Positions 17,517 to 28,099 are shown, counted from the first letter of the stretch. The stretch is 64,000 nucleotides of DNA from a bacterium (GCA_963676395.1 OY781066.1:1888001-1952000), one strand, 5' to 3'. Translations and numbers: made by a program. Notes: a model not told the origin generated them from the letters alone.

Positions 17517-19648
17517 TGAAGCAATTTAGGAAAATTATTATTTTATCTCTCGTAGCTTTGACCTATATCATTGCAGCGGGCGAATTTCAGGGATATAAGT
17601 TAACGAGGATTAAAATTCTTGGTAATGAACGCTATGGATCATTCCATTTAAAAAAACAAATTGATATTAATCCTGTATTTACCCGTCATGGTATGAAGAA
17701 GATTACGCGCGAGTATATTAAAGAGCAAAGTAATTTGCTTCGGGAATATTATCAAAGAGAAGGTTTTTTGAAATGTAATGTCAAAGATTCTTTAGTTTAT
17801 GTAGGTCAGCATTATCTTAACTTGTATTTTGTTATTGAAGAAAACGAGCGATATTTTGTAAACAATCCTTCATATGATCTTCGATTGCGTTCGGTACATA
17901 TTCAGGGGAATACTACCTTTAATGAAAGACAATTAAAACGATATATTGAGGTCAAAAGATCATTGACGCGTAGACAGATGACGCGTGTGAATAAGCGTTA
18001 TATAAAAACCCAGGCCAAGAATCTTAAAAATTATTATGTCTCGGAAGGTTTTTTGAATTGTGAAGTTCGTGATTCATTGATTATTCTTGATAAAAAAGAT
18101 CTTCATCTTTTCTTTAATGTAAAAGAAAATGAGCGCTATCATATCAAACAGATAAAAGTTGAAGGGAACTCATTATTAAGTGATGCGGAGATACTGGAAC
18201 TGCTGGGATTGGATATTGGTGGTCCTTTTAAACAGTATGTCTATTATAATAATTTCAAGAAGATCCTTTCGAAGTATTCGGAATTGGGGCATCCTTATGC
18301 GAAGATCCGTGAGGAGTTTGATTGGGATACTGAGCTTGAAATTACCATCATCATTGATGAGGATATGCCATATAAAGTGGGCGGTATTGAATTAATGGGT
18401 AATAAGAATGTTCATTCACCTTATATCGAAAAGCATTATAAAATTGAAGAGGGAAAGAATTATAATCAAGAAGACATAAGAAGAACTCAAGATAGAATTT
18501 ATGAAATGGGAGCTTTTTCTTCTGTAAATATTGTTCCTGTTAATCCGGACACTTTAAATCAGAAATTGGATCTGAAGGTATCCGTGATAGAGAGTAAACC
18601 GCGAAGATTTGATTTTAAATTTGGGGGAAGACAAGGTTATAGTGATCAAATATCCTCTTCATCTTTATTTATTGAGCCTGAATGGACACATAAAAACTTA
18701 TTTAACAGAGCTCATCGTTTCAAGATAGGTGTGTCTTATGATGCTATTTTTAATCAATATGATATTGACCATAAAATTTATTCTGATGTTGCATATACGG
18801 TTCCATGGCTGTTCTTTTTGAGATTACCTACGACAGTTAAACTATATTATGATCGTGATACCTATGATCCTTTTGAAGAAATGGTAACGACTGAAACAGA
18901 TACATTAAAAAAGGGTGAAGTTAGAACTGATTATGGTATAAATTTTTCCTCTATCTGGCGATATAATAGAAATACATATACGAGATTATCACTTTCATTG
19001 AGAAATGTACGCTCTGAATTTCAAGATCAAGCGTCTGAATTTGAGCCACAGGTAGAGTTGGGACTTCAAACTCGTATCGATAATCGTGATTCATTTATTT
19101 ACCCTACAAAAGGATGGAACATTTTAGCATATGCCGGGTATGTTTTAGGAACGGAAACGGGTTATTTTAGACTTGAAACATCCTTAAATGGATATATGCC
19201 GATAGCAAGAAGAACTGTGCTTGCCAGTCGTTTGGAATTAGGTCAATTCTTTGTTATAGATAGTGTCGCCGCCCAAAATATTTACCAATTGGGATCGGAA
19301 ACAACTGTTCGAGGTTGGCGTAAATCAATTGGGAATGAATATGAATTGACATCTGGTGATACTATTAAAGCGGGTTTGGCAAAGACTTTAGCGAATATAG
19401 AGCTAAGACAGGATTTGATTTGGAATTTTGGTGTAAATATTTTTCTTGATGCGGGACGTCTTGATAATGATATGAGTGGGATATTTGACTGGGGATCATA
19501 TTTCGTTAATTCAGGTATTGGTATTTACTATAAAACACCTATTGGTCCCATTAGGGTGGAATTACCGATCATATTGAATGATCCTCGCGAGGGTGAAAAA
19601 AATATTGATTTTGGTAACCTTTGTTTTGGAGTTTTGTTTGCCTTTTAA
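17516..19648 (+). CDS. Omp85-family (TamA/BamA-like) outer membrane protein with POTRA domains
   Basis: Signal peptide, POTRA repeats, VRGW, YKTPIGPIRVE, terminal Phe. Confidence 0.85.
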   Translation: MKQFRKIIILSLVALTYIIAAGEFQGYKLTRIKILGNERYGSFHLKKQIDINPVFTRHGMKKITREYIKEQSNLLREYYQREGFLKCNVKDSLVYVGQHYLNLYFVIEENERYFVNNPSYDLRLRSVHIQGNTTFNERQLKRYIEVKRSLTRRQMTRVNKRYIKTQAKNLKNYYVSEGFLNCEVRDSLIILDKKDLHLFFNVKENERYHIKQIKVEGNSLLSDAEILELLGLDIGGPFKQYVYYNNFKKILSKYSELGHPYAKIREEFDWDTELEITIIIDEDMPYKVGGIELMGNKNVHSPYIEKHYKIEEGKNYNQEDIRRTQDRIYEMGAFSSVNIVPVNPDTLNQKLDLKVSVIESKPRRFDFKFGGRQGYSDQISSSSLFIEPEWTHKNLFNRAHRFKIGVSYDAIFNQYDIDHKIYSDVAYTVPWLFFLRLPTTVKLYYDRDTYDPFEEMVTTETDTLKKGEVRTDYGINFSSIWRYNRNTYTRLSLSLRNVRSEFQDQASEFEPQVELGLQTRIDNRDSFIYPTKGWNILAYAGYVLGTETGYFRLETSLNGYMPIARRTVLASRLELGQFFVIDSVAAQNIYQLGSETTVRGWRKSIGNEYELTSGDTIKAGLAKTLANIELRQDLIWNFGVNIFLDAGRLDNDMSGIFDWGSYFVNSGIGIYYKTPIGPIRVELPIILNDPREGEKNIDFGNLCFGVLFAF

Positions 19649-19696
19649 GATGGAAATATTATAAATTACTCGACTGAAATTTAGGAGTTAGAAAAC

Positions 19697-20194
19697 ATGA
19701 AAAAACAATTAGTCGCATTACTCTTGATCACATTGCTGATCTTCTCTTGTTCCGATAATCGCACAGCAGAACAAATGTTTCAGGATGCCGGTGAACTGTA
19801 TAAGCAGGAAAAGGTAACCCGGACAATTAAGACTTTTGATAAATTATCGAATACCTATCCTGATGATCCTCTGGCAGTAAAAGCTTTGTATCGTATGGCC
19901 GAGATCTATGCCGGTGATATGCAAGATTTTGAAACTTGTATAGATAAATATGATTATATCGCTGAAGAGTATCCTTCACACCCCGATGCACCCAAAGCCA
20001 GATTTATGGCAGGCTATACTCTAGCAAATATCATGGGGGATTTTGAACGCGCAAAAGCCGAGTATGAACAGTTTATCCGTGATTATCCGGAGCATCCTCT
20101 GGCAGAATCTGTAGAATTCGAATTGCGTAATTTGGGCAAGTCTCTGGATGAGATCGAAGAGCTCAAAGGTATCATGAAAAGCGACAAAGAATAA
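19697..20194 (+). CDS. TPR lipoprotein (BamD/CpoB-like)
   Basis: Lipobox IFSC; YPDDPLA, YPSHPDA, YPEHPLA repeats. Confidence 0.75.
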   Translation: MKKQLVALLLITLLIFSCSDNRTAEQMFQDAGELYKQEKVTRTIKTFDKLSNTYPDDPLAVKALYRMAEIYAGDMQDFETCIDKYDYIAEEYPSHPDAPKARFMAGYTLANIMGDFERAKAEYEQFIRDYPEHPLAESVEFELRNLGKSLDEIEELKGIMKSDKE

Positions 20195-20205
20195 ATGAGG
20201 TCCTA

Positions 20206-21198
20206 ATGAGTTTTGATCTGACTTTATTAAACGAACAAATACAAAAAGAATCAGTCTTCTTGGAACCTATCCAGAATGAGCTGAGAAAAGTGTTGATCGG
20301 CCAGGAAAAAATGGTCCAACGCTTACTGATTGGCCTTTTAGCTGAAGGACATATTTTGCTTGAAGGTGTACCCGGTCTGGCTAAAACTTTGGCTGTAAAA
20401 TCTTTGGCTAAAGCAATACAAACAACTTATCACCGTATACAGTTTACCCCGGATCTTCTTCCTTCGGATTTGATTGGTACTCTGATCTATAATCAAAAAG
20501 AAGCAACATTCGAGGTAAAAAAAGGTCCGATTTTTGCCAATATCATACTGGCGGACGAGATCAACCGTTCACCTGCAAAAGTTCAGGCAGCTTTGCTTGA
20601 AGCTATGCAGGAAAAACAGGTTACTATTGGTGATAAAACTTATAAATTGACTGAACCGTTTTTGGTGCTTGCAACTCAAAATCCTATTGAGCAAGAAGGA
20701 ACTTATCCTCTGCCCGAAGCTCAGGTTGACCGTTTTATGTTGAAGGTAAAAATCGATTATCCGACTCAGGAAGAGGAAATAAGCATTTTGTCTTTGTTGA
20801 CATCCAACACCTTACCTGAAACGATAAAATCAGTTATTAAACCTAAGCAGATACTGAATGCACGAAATGTTGTTCGCTCAATTTACGTGGATGAGAAGAT
20901 CCATAAATATGTGACCGATATCGTATTTGCAACGAGATATCCCGAAAAATACGGGATAGAGTCTATTGCAAGTATGATAGATGTCGGTGCATCACCTAGA
21001 GCGTCAATAAATCTTGTTTTAGCAGCGAAAGCACATGCTTTCTTGCAACATAGAGGATATGTCACGCCTGAAGATATTCGTGAAGTGGGTATGGATGTTT
21101 TGCGACACCGTGTACTGCTTTCATTTGAAGCTGAAGCGGAAGAGGTCACGGTAGAGGATGTCATTCAATCTGTGTTTGATACAATACCGGTTCCCTAA
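20206..21198 (+). CDS. moxR: MoxR-family AAA+ ATPase
   Basis: GVPGLAKT, IQFTPDLLPSD, ADEINRSPAKVQ, ATQNPIEQEGTYPLPEAQVDRF. Confidence 0.95.
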   Translation: MSFDLTLLNEQIQKESVFLEPIQNELRKVLIGQEKMVQRLLIGLLAEGHILLEGVPGLAKTLAVKSLAKAIQTTYHRIQFTPDLLPSDLIGTLIYNQKEATFEVKKGPIFANIILADEINRSPAKVQAALLEAMQEKQVTIGDKTYKLTEPFLVLATQNPIEQEGTYPLPEAQVDRFMLKVKIDYPTQEEEISILSLLTSNTLPETIKSVIKPKQILNARNVVRSIYVDEKIHKYVTDIVFATRYPEKYGIESIASMIDVGASPRASINLVLAAKAHAFLQHRGYVTPEDIREVGMDVLRHRVLLSFEAEAEEVTVEDVIQSVFDTIPVP

Positions 21199-22079
21199 TG
21201 TTATCTAGCGAGATACTACATAAAGTAAAAAAAATTGAGATCCAAACACGTCGCATTGTTAACGATGTGTTTTCGGGTGAATACCGTTCGATTTTTAAGG
21301 GAAAGGGGATGTCCTTTTCAGAAGTTCGGGAATATCAGCCGGGTGATGATGTACGTACCATTGATTGGAATGTGACCGCTCGCCAAAACAAACCTTTTGT
21401 AAAAGTTTTGGAAGAAGAGCGTGAATTAACGGTTTATTTTGTTGTGGATGTCTCAGCCTCGGGAAAAGTTGGTTCAACCGAACGCTTTAAAAGTGAAATT
21501 GCTGCCGAAATTTGCGCTGTATTGGCTTTTTCTGCCATTCGCAATGGTGATAAAGTAGGTTTGCTTAATTTTACAGATGAAATTGAAAAGTATTTATCAC
21601 CTCGAAAAGGTAAAGGCTATGCCATGCAGGTTATCCGCGAAGTTCTATTCGGGGAATACGAGGGCAAGGGCACACGAATTGAAAATGCTTTACAGTTTTT
21701 GTCACGAGTTGCACATAAAAAGAGTATCGTTTTCTTGATTTCAGATTTTTATGATATGGATTTTGAGTCCTCGCTCAAAGCTGTGGCCAATCGCCATGAT
21801 CTGGTCCTGGTAAATATGGTTGATCCGTTGGATCGCGCTCTTCCCAATGTAGGGATGTTACCTTTGTATGATGCTGAAAGCGGTGAGCAGATGATTATTG
21901 ATACGGGGATCGAGGCAATTCGTGATGACTATTCAGCTGAATTTAATAAGCGCAGTGAAGCTCTTGAACTTATGTGTCGCAAGAATAAAGTTGATTTGAT
22001 CACCGTAAATACCAATGAATCGTATATTGAACCCTTAAACCGTTTTTTTAAGAATAGAGGAAAACAGCAGTACCGATGA
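21198..22079 (+). CDS. DUF58 / vWA-like protein
   Basis: EVREYQPGDDVRTIDWNVTAR, DVSAS, LISDF. Confidence 0.9.
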   Translation: MLSSEILHKVKKIEIQTRRIVNDVFSGEYRSIFKGKGMSFSEVREYQPGDDVRTIDWNVTARQNKPFVKVLEEERELTVYFVVDVSASGKVGSTERFKSEIAAEICAVLAFSAIRNGDKVGLLNFTDEIEKYLSPRKGKGYAMQVIREVLFGEYEGKGTRIENALQFLSRVAHKKSIVFLISDFYDMDFESSLKAVANRHDLVLVNMVDPLDRALPNVGMLPLYDAESGEQMIIDTGIEAIRDDYSAEFNKRSEALELMCRKNKVDLITVNTNESYIEPLNRFFKNRGKQQYR

Positions 22080-22978
22080 AAAAGCTGATGCTGACATTGT
22101 TGATCTTCTCTGCCGCTTTCGCGGCGAATGTGGATATGTCCCTGAATGTCGAAGAAAAAGTTTACCATATCGGTGATAGGATATTGTTGGACTATAATAT
22201 CAAAGCGGGAGAAAAATATTTCTTTATTTTACCTGAGTTGAAAGAATATTTAGGTGATGTTGAGCTTTTATCTGTAAATACTGATAAAAAAATAAAGCAT
22301 AGAAAGCAGATCATAAAGATGCAAGCAGAGATTGTATCTTTTGATACGGGATTTGTTCATATTCCGATTATGCCTTTGATATCAACCGATTCAACGGGTT
22401 TGGGAAAACCCGATACACTTTTTACACCTGAGAAGTATATTTATGTGTATTCTATTTTAGATTCCTCGGCATCTCCCATAGCGATGAACGCGCCTATTCC
22501 ATTAGCCTTGATGACGTGGTGGGAATTATTAATCGTTATCTTACTATTGACCGTGACTGTCGGTATTCTTGTGATGGGCTTGAAGTATAGACAAAAGAAA
22601 AATGATGAGCTTGAGATCATTTGGGAATCACCCGAAGAAAAAGCCGAACATTTATTATTTGAATTAAATTCTAAGCATTATCCTGAAAGCGAACAATGGA
22701 AAGATTATTATGTAGAGCTGACTTATATTATTCGGGATTATTTTGAGAATATATATTACGTGCATTTTCAGGAGTTAACAACATCGGAATTAGTACCCAC
22801 ACTCTCTGAATATCTTAATAAAGAGAAAATAAAAAGTTTAGAAGAATTGTTTATGTTTGCCGATTTAGTGAAATTTGCTAAGGGAGTGGCAACAAAGGAA
22901 AAGTGTGACCATCATCAGGGAATAATTAAGGATATCATTCGAGAAGGGAAAACACTTGAAGAAGAACAATTGGATTAA
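22076..22978 (+). CDS. BatD/DUF4381-like membrane-anchored protein
   Basis: Signal peptide, one TM helix, YYVELTYIIRDYFE, ELTTSE, ADLVKFAK. Confidence 0.7.
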   Translation: MKKLMLTLLIFSAAFAANVDMSLNVEEKVYHIGDRILLDYNIKAGEKYFFILPELKEYLGDVELLSVNTDKKIKHRKQIIKMQAEIVSFDTGFVHIPIMPLISTDSTGLGKPDTLFTPEKYIYVYSILDSSASPIAMNAPIPLALMTWWELLIVILLLTVTVGILVMGLKYRQKKNDELEIIWESPEEKAEHLLFELNSKHYPESEQWKDYYVELTYIIRDYFENIYYVHFQELTTSELVPTLSEYLNKEKIKSLEELFMFADLVKFAKGVATKEKCDHHQGIIKDIIREGKTLEEEQLD

Positions 22979-23474
22979 AGTTTTAATAATTTGGGCTTTG
23001 TATGTAGGCCTTCATTTTACCCATAAGTATATTCCATGCGGATTGACACAATTATTCGGTTGTCCGGAAGAAACTATTTTTCATCATATGAAAATGGCAT
23101 ATTTGGCCTATTCATTAGTAAGTATAATAGAATTTTTTATTTTAAAACCTCATTATCGTGAAAGCTTTATTTCATCGAGAATATTGTCTGTAATATTGAT
23201 CTCATATTTTAGTTTCATGCTTTGGTTTTTTGTGCCGGTCGTGATTGGCCCTATTCACACCGAATGGTTTGAGATAGTTTATTCAAATCTAATACTGGCT
23301 TTTAGTTTGTCTGCCGTTGTTTATATTGAAACATTTACAGAAAAGATTAGCTTTAATAAAACTATCATGCGTGTTTTAACTCTACTGTATCTAATTATTC
23401 TTACTGTTTTCGTGGTTTCAACTTTTTCACCACCGGAAATGGATGTTTTTTCACCTCTTGAGCACGCTCAATAA
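22956..23474 (+). CDS. Multi-pass membrane protein (DUF6512-like)
   Basis: About five hydrophobic helices; LHF...EETIFHHMKM pattern. Confidence 0.5.
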   Translation: MKKNNWIKVLIIWALYVGLHFTHKYIPCGLTQLFGCPEETIFHHMKMAYLAYSLVSIIEFFILKPHYRESFISSRILSVILISYFSFMLWFFVPVVIGPIHTEWFEIVYSNLILAFSLSAVVYIETFTEKISFNKTIMRVLTLLYLIILTVFVVSTFSPPEMDVFSPLEHAQ

Positions 23475-23483
23475 AGGAGAAAT

Positions 23484-24197
23484 ATGCTTAAAATTGATAA
23501 TGTTTCAAAAATCTTTACCGGAGTTAAGGCGGTCGACAGTATTTCGCTGGAAATTCCAACAGGTGAAGTGTTTGGGTTTCTTGGACCTAATGGTGCCGGG
23601 AAAACAACCACAATTCGTATGATCATGGATATTATACAACCCGATAGTGGCCAAATTACCATCAATGAAGAACTCAGTACACAATGTGATCACAAAAAGA
23701 TCGGTTATTTACCCGAAGAACGCGGTATTTATCAAAAGGCTAAGGTTCGTGATGTGGTGGAATATTTTGCACGTTTGAAATCCGTACCTAATATCGAGGT
23801 CAAGGAAAGAGCCAATAAATGGTTTAAAAAACTTCAAATAGAAGATTTGGCAGACATGAAAGTCGGTGAACTTTCCAAAGGGAATCAGCAGAAAGTCCAA
23901 TTTATTATTTCTGTTATCAATGAACCGGATATGATGATTCTTGATGAACCTTTTACGGGGCTGGATCCGGTGAATCAGAAGGTTCTCCAAGATATTATCT
24001 CAGAGTTTAAAGCTCAGGATAAAACCGTAATCTTATCAACACATCAGATGGCTAAAGTGGAAGAAAATTGTGATTCCATGTGCTTGATAAGAAAAGGACG
24101 AATTGTAAAACAGGGGAAGACGATTGAGATTATGAAAGAATATGGCGGTTCTTTGGATAAAGCCTTTATCGAATTGGTTGGAGGTGAAAATGAATAA
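23484..24197 (+). CDS. ABC-2 type ATP-binding protein (NatA/YhaQ-like)
   Basis: GPNGAGKTT, LSKGNQQK, ILDEPFTGLDPVN. Confidence 0.92.
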   Translation: MLKIDNVSKIFTGVKAVDSISLEIPTGEVFGFLGPNGAGKTTTIRMIMDIIQPDSGQITINEELSTQCDHKKIGYLPEERGIYQKAKVRDVVEYFARLKSVPNIEVKERANKWFKKLQIEDLADMKVGELSKGNQQKVQFIISVINEPDMMILDEPFTGLDPVNQKVLQDIISEFKAQDKTVILSTHQMAKVEENCDSMCLIRKGRIVKQGKTIEIMKEYGGSLDKAFIELVGGENE

Positions 24198-25446
24198 GAC
24201 ACTGACAGTCGCCCGATGGGAATTGAGCCGCGGCATTAAATCCAAAGCTTTCATCTTTTCTTTGTTCATGCCTTTTATTGTTTTGCTGTTTTCTATCCTG
24301 CCTACGGTTTTTGCCATGAATTCGAACATCGAATCTAAGGATATTGGGATCATTGATCAAGGTAATAGCATGTATGTGGAATTGGCGGGTCATTTAATGG
24401 ATCAAATTACCACTGAAGATGGTGAAGCGGCATATTCTATTCAAGAATATCAAAGTACACCCGAAAATCATGATACCTTGGTTGAAACGCTGATATCGGA
24501 TAATATTGTTTCGGCCGTGATCATTATCGAACCGGATTTTATGAATAATGCCATTGTTCAGATCTATCATTCCGATGCTGTAGGTTTGGAAGAATTATCC
24601 AGGATTAAAGGAGCGATTAAACAATTTTCTATGGAGAAAAGGATCGTTTCGTTGGGGATGACTAAAGAAGATATGGATTATGTGTTGGAACGGCCTGATA
24701 TGACCGTTTATGAAGTCGGAGACGATGGAGGTGCTACCAAGAGCAATCTGATCGTACGCTACGGAGTTCCGGGTGTATTTCTTTGGTTGCTTGTAATGGG
24801 TATTGTGATGAGTTCCTCAATGTTGATCTCCGGTGTGATTGAAGAACGTTCCAATCGTATTATCGAGATCATGATGTCTAGCATCAAATCCAATCAATTA
24901 ATGTTGGGAAAAATTCTTGGTATCGGGATGTTGGGTGTGATACAGATAACATTTTATCTTTTGATTATTTTGGTATTTACACTTTACGGTTCTACCTTTA
25001 CCGAGATCAATATTTCGGCTGCCGAAGTCTTTACTCCCAAGATCATTTTATATTTTATCTACTTCATTATGGGCTACTTTATGTATGCGTCATTGTATGT
25101 ATCGCTTGGCTCTTTATATGATAACGAACGCGATGCTTCGCAATCGGTTGGTTTTTTGTCATTATTTGCAGTATTACCCATTATGCTGATCCAACCGATC
25201 ATGATGAATCCCGGCACACCTTTAGCAGATGTTCTATCGTTTATTCCGTTAACAACACCCTTTATGATGATTTTAAAGGTAGGTATGCTGTCTGCACCCA
25301 TGTGGGAAGTTTTGCTTATGATGTTATATCTGCTGGCCTGGATCGTTGGTATTGCCTGGGTAGGATCAAAGATCTTTAGAACCACACTATTGATGTATGG
25401 TAAACGGGCAACATTGAAAGAAATTATTCAGTGGATAAAATCGTAA
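24190..25446 (+). CDS. ABC-2 type permease (NatB/YhaP-like); start ATG 24190
   Basis: SD GGAGGTG; IEERSNRIIEIMMSS, GKILG, SFIPLTTPFMM; multiple TM helices. Confidence 0.88.
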   Translation: MNKTLTVARWELSRGIKSKAFIFSLFMPFIVLLFSILPTVFAMNSNIESKDIGIIDQGNSMYVELAGHLMDQITTEDGEAAYSIQEYQSTPENHDTLVETLISDNIVSAVIIIEPDFMNNAIVQIYHSDAVGLEELSRIKGAIKQFSMEKRIVSLGMTKEDMDYVLERPDMTVYEVGDDGGATKSNLIVRYGVPGVFLWLLVMGIVMSSSMLISGVIEERSNRIIEIMMSSIKSNQLMLGKILGIGMLGVIQITFYLLIILVFTLYGSTFTEINISAAEVFTPKIILYFIYFIMGYFMYASLYVSLGSLYDNERDASQSVGFLSLFAVLPIMLIQPIMMNPGTPLADVLSFIPLTTPFMMILKVGMLSAPMWEVLLMMLYLLAWIVGIAWVGSKIFRTTLLMYGKRATLKEIIQWIKS

Positions 25447-25489
25447 AAAAGAGATAAGAGACAAATTCCAAGGGACAATAAATTGGAAG

Positions 25490-25537
25490 AAAGAGCTGAT
25501 ATTATCCTAAACTTGTTTTAGGAGCTCAGCTCTTTTT
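25490..25537 (+). terminator. Intrinsic terminator after ABC permease
   Basis: aaagagctga...tcagctcttttt with inner tcctaaa/tttagga stem. Confidence 0.6.
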
Positions 25538-25824
25538 ACATATGCCAGGAATATTTTTGGAAAGACTATTGACATATTGATCGATTTACAAGAAACAATT
25601 GTGATTGGAGGAAATCTTAATCCAGTATACATTACATCAAATAAAATTACGGTCATGTGCAGGTCGGTCAATTAAATAAAGGATGAATACTGTGAAAAAT
25701 AAAATTCACAGAAAATTAAATTGAGTTAAGTCTAATAAGAGCATGCTTTTAGAGTAAAATTTTCATATCACATTCTAGAAAAAATCGTTATATTATTTCC
25801 GGATAATAAAATAAAGGAGAATAC

Positions 25825-26151
25825 ATGTCACAACTAACAGTCGAAGTCACTGATCAGAATTTTCAAACCGAAGTACTCGCCAATCCTCTTCCGGTTATCG
25901 TAGATTTTTGGGCCCCATGGTGTGGACCTTGTCGTATGATAGCTCCAAAATTGGAAGAAATTGCAAAGGAATACGAAGGAAAAGTCGTTATTGCTAAGGT
26001 TAATGTAGATAATTCACCTATGGTGGCCGGCCAGTTTGGGATTCGATCCATTCCTACTTTACTTTATGTGAAGTGTGGATCGGTTGTTGATCAAGTGATT
26101 GGAAACGTTCCTAAGGGGGACCTCGAAGATCGCTTGAAAAACTTACTCTAA
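25825..26151 (+). CDS. trxA: Thioredoxin
   Basis: [18 protein letters not shown]. Confidence 0.97.
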   Translation: MSQLTVEVTDQNFQTEVLANPLPVIVDFWAPWCGPCRMIAPKLEEIAKEYEGKVVIAKVNVDNSPMVAGQFGIRSIPTLLYVKCGSVVDQVIGNVPKGDLEDRLKNLL

Positions 26152-26159
26152 GTCAAACG

Positions 26160-26189
26160 AAACCCGGGGAACTCCCCGGGTTCTTTTTT
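26160..26189 (+). terminator. Intrinsic terminator after trxA, abutting the acyP start
   Basis: aacccgggga-ac-tccccgggtt followed by T-tract. Confidence 0.8.
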
Positions 26190-26468
26190 ATGAAAAGTAT
26201 TAACTTGAAAATTAATGTTTCCGGTATGGTGCAAATGGTTGGTTTTCGTTGGTATGCTAAACAACAAGCTGATTATTTGAACATAAAAGGATATGTTAAA
26301 AATACTACCAGGGGTGACGTGGAAATATTTGCACAAGGTGTTGCTGATGTGATGCCGCAGTTTATTGATCTTATTAAGCGGGGACCGTCTCGTTCCAGAG
26401 TAGAAAAACTTGTTAAAGAGGAAGTTCTAACAGATAAAGTTTACGAGAAATTTTCAATAAGAATGTGA
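26190..26468 (+). CDS. acyP: Acylphosphatase
   Basis: SGMVQMVGFR (variant of GxVQGVGFR), GYVKN, GPSRSRV. Confidence 0.85.
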   Translation: MKSINLKINVSGMVQMVGFRWYAKQQADYLNIKGYVKNTTRGDVEIFAQGVADVMPQFIDLIKRGPSRSRVEKLVKEEVLTDKVYEKFSIRM

Positions 26469-28099
26469 TGTATATGGATTTAAAAATAGCACTAGCTCAA
26501 AGTAATTTTACGGTTGGAGATATCAAAGGTAATGCCGAGAAGATTAAGAGTAATATTCTTGAAGCTGAGAAAAATGCCGCTGATATCATTGTGTTTCCGG
26601 AATTGGCTCTATGCGGTTATCCACCTTTGGACCTTGTTTTGGAAGATGAGTTTATTGCAGCCAACGATGCCAAAATTAAAGAGATCGCTTCAATAACTCA
26701 CAATATTGTTGCTATTGTGGGCTATGTTCGTCGTTTTAATAATAAACTATGGAATGCTGTTGCAGTGATCCAGGATGGTGATATATACACTCACGTTCAT
26801 AAGATAAATTTGCCGACATATGATGTTTTTGATGAGTTGCGGTATTTTTCTTATGTGAATGATGCCACGCCTGTTGAGATAAAGATAAAGGGTAAAAAAT
26901 ATAAACTTGGTGTGGAAATTTGTGAGGATCTTTGGGATGATCGTTATGAAACTAAGGTGACACATGAATTGATCAAGAAAGGTGCAGATATTATTTTAAA
27001 TTCATCGGCTTCACCTTTCCGTGTCGGTAAAATTAATCAGCGTATTGCTTTGGTTCGCGAAAAAGTATGTGAAGGAAATATACCGTTTGTTTACACCAAC
27101 CTTGTCGGAGGTCAGGATGAGCTTATTTTTGATGGGCACAGTTTTTCGGTAGACAAGAATGGTGATATCGCTGCCTATCTGGCTGCATCGAAAGAGGAGT
27201 TGGGATATTGTCATTTTGTGAATGGTGTCAGACAAAATGAGCGTCCCGAACCGCAACCTGATCTAATGGATGGATTAAGACAGGCTTTGAATTTAGGTAT
27301 ACGCGATTATTTTGAAAAAAGCGGTTTTAATAAAGCTGTGTTGGGCTTAAGTGGTGGGATAGATTCTGCTCTTGTTGCCACTCTAGCTGCAGAAGCTTTG
27401 GGAAAGGAGAATGTTTACGGATTTGCTATGCCTTCCCAGTTTTCATCGGATCACTCCATTGAAGATGCTCGTCAGTTGGCAAAAAATCTGGGTATTCATT
27501 TTGATCTTATTGAAGTCAAACCCATGTATGATACATTTATGAAATCCCTAGCCGGTCAATTTGCCGGGACTCCATTCGGCTTGGCCGAAGAGAACCTTCA
27601 GGCAAGAATACGCGGGGCTATTTTAATGTCGTTGGCTAATAAAAAGAACGCACTGACCTTAACTACCGGGAATAAAACTGAAATTGCTTTAGGCTACTGT
27701 ACACTTTATGGTGATATGTGTGGAGCTTTAGGACCTATTTCAGATTTAAATAAAGTGGATGTCTATGCTCTATCGCGCTATTTGAATGAACAATACGGTT
27801 TTGATGTGATACCGCAGAATACCATAAATAAATTGCCCTCGGCAGAATTAGCCGAAGATCAATATGATCCTTTTGATTATGATGTAGTAGCACCTTTGGT
27901 AGATAGATTATTGACTAACGAGCCGATAGAGGCTTTGATAGAAGAAACAGGAGATAAAGAATTAGTCTATAAGCTTTTACACTTATTAAGAATTACCGAG
28001 TATAAACGTTGGCAGGCGGCACCCGGTTTACGAGTGACATCCAAAGCCTTTGGCCAAGGTAGAAAAATGCCGCTTGTGAATCATTTTGGTAACCGGTAA
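26465..28099 (+). CDS. nadE: Glutamine-dependent NAD+ synthetase
   Basis: Nitrilase domain (FPEL, KINLPTYDVFDE, ICEDLW) plus synthetase (GLSGGIDS, NLQARIRG, TGNKTE, PSAEL). Confidence 0.95.
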   Translation: MMYMDLKIALAQSNFTVGDIKGNAEKIKSNILEAEKNAADIIVFPELALCGYPPLDLVLEDEFIAANDAKIKEIASITHNIVAIVGYVRRFNNKLWNAVAVIQDGDIYTHVHKINLPTYDVFDELRYFSYVNDATPVEIKIKGKKYKLGVEICEDLWDDRYETKVTHELIKKGADIILNSSASPFRVGKINQRIALVREKVCEGNIPFVYTNLVGGQDELIFDGHSFSVDKNGDIAAYLAASKEELGYCHFVNGVRQNERPEPQPDLMDGLRQALNLGIRDYFEKSGFNKAVLGLSGGIDSALVATLAAEALGKENVYGFAMPSQFSSDHSIEDARQLAKNLGIHFDLIEVKPMYDTFMKSLAGQFAGTPFGLAEENLQARIRGAILMSLANKKNALTLTTGNKTEIALGYCTLYGDMCGALGPISDLNKVDVYALSRYLNEQYGFDVIPQNTINKLPSAELAEDQYDPFDYDVVAPLVDRLLTNEPIEALIEETGDKELVYKLLHLLRITEYKRWQAAPGLRVTSKAFGQGRKMPLVNHFGNR

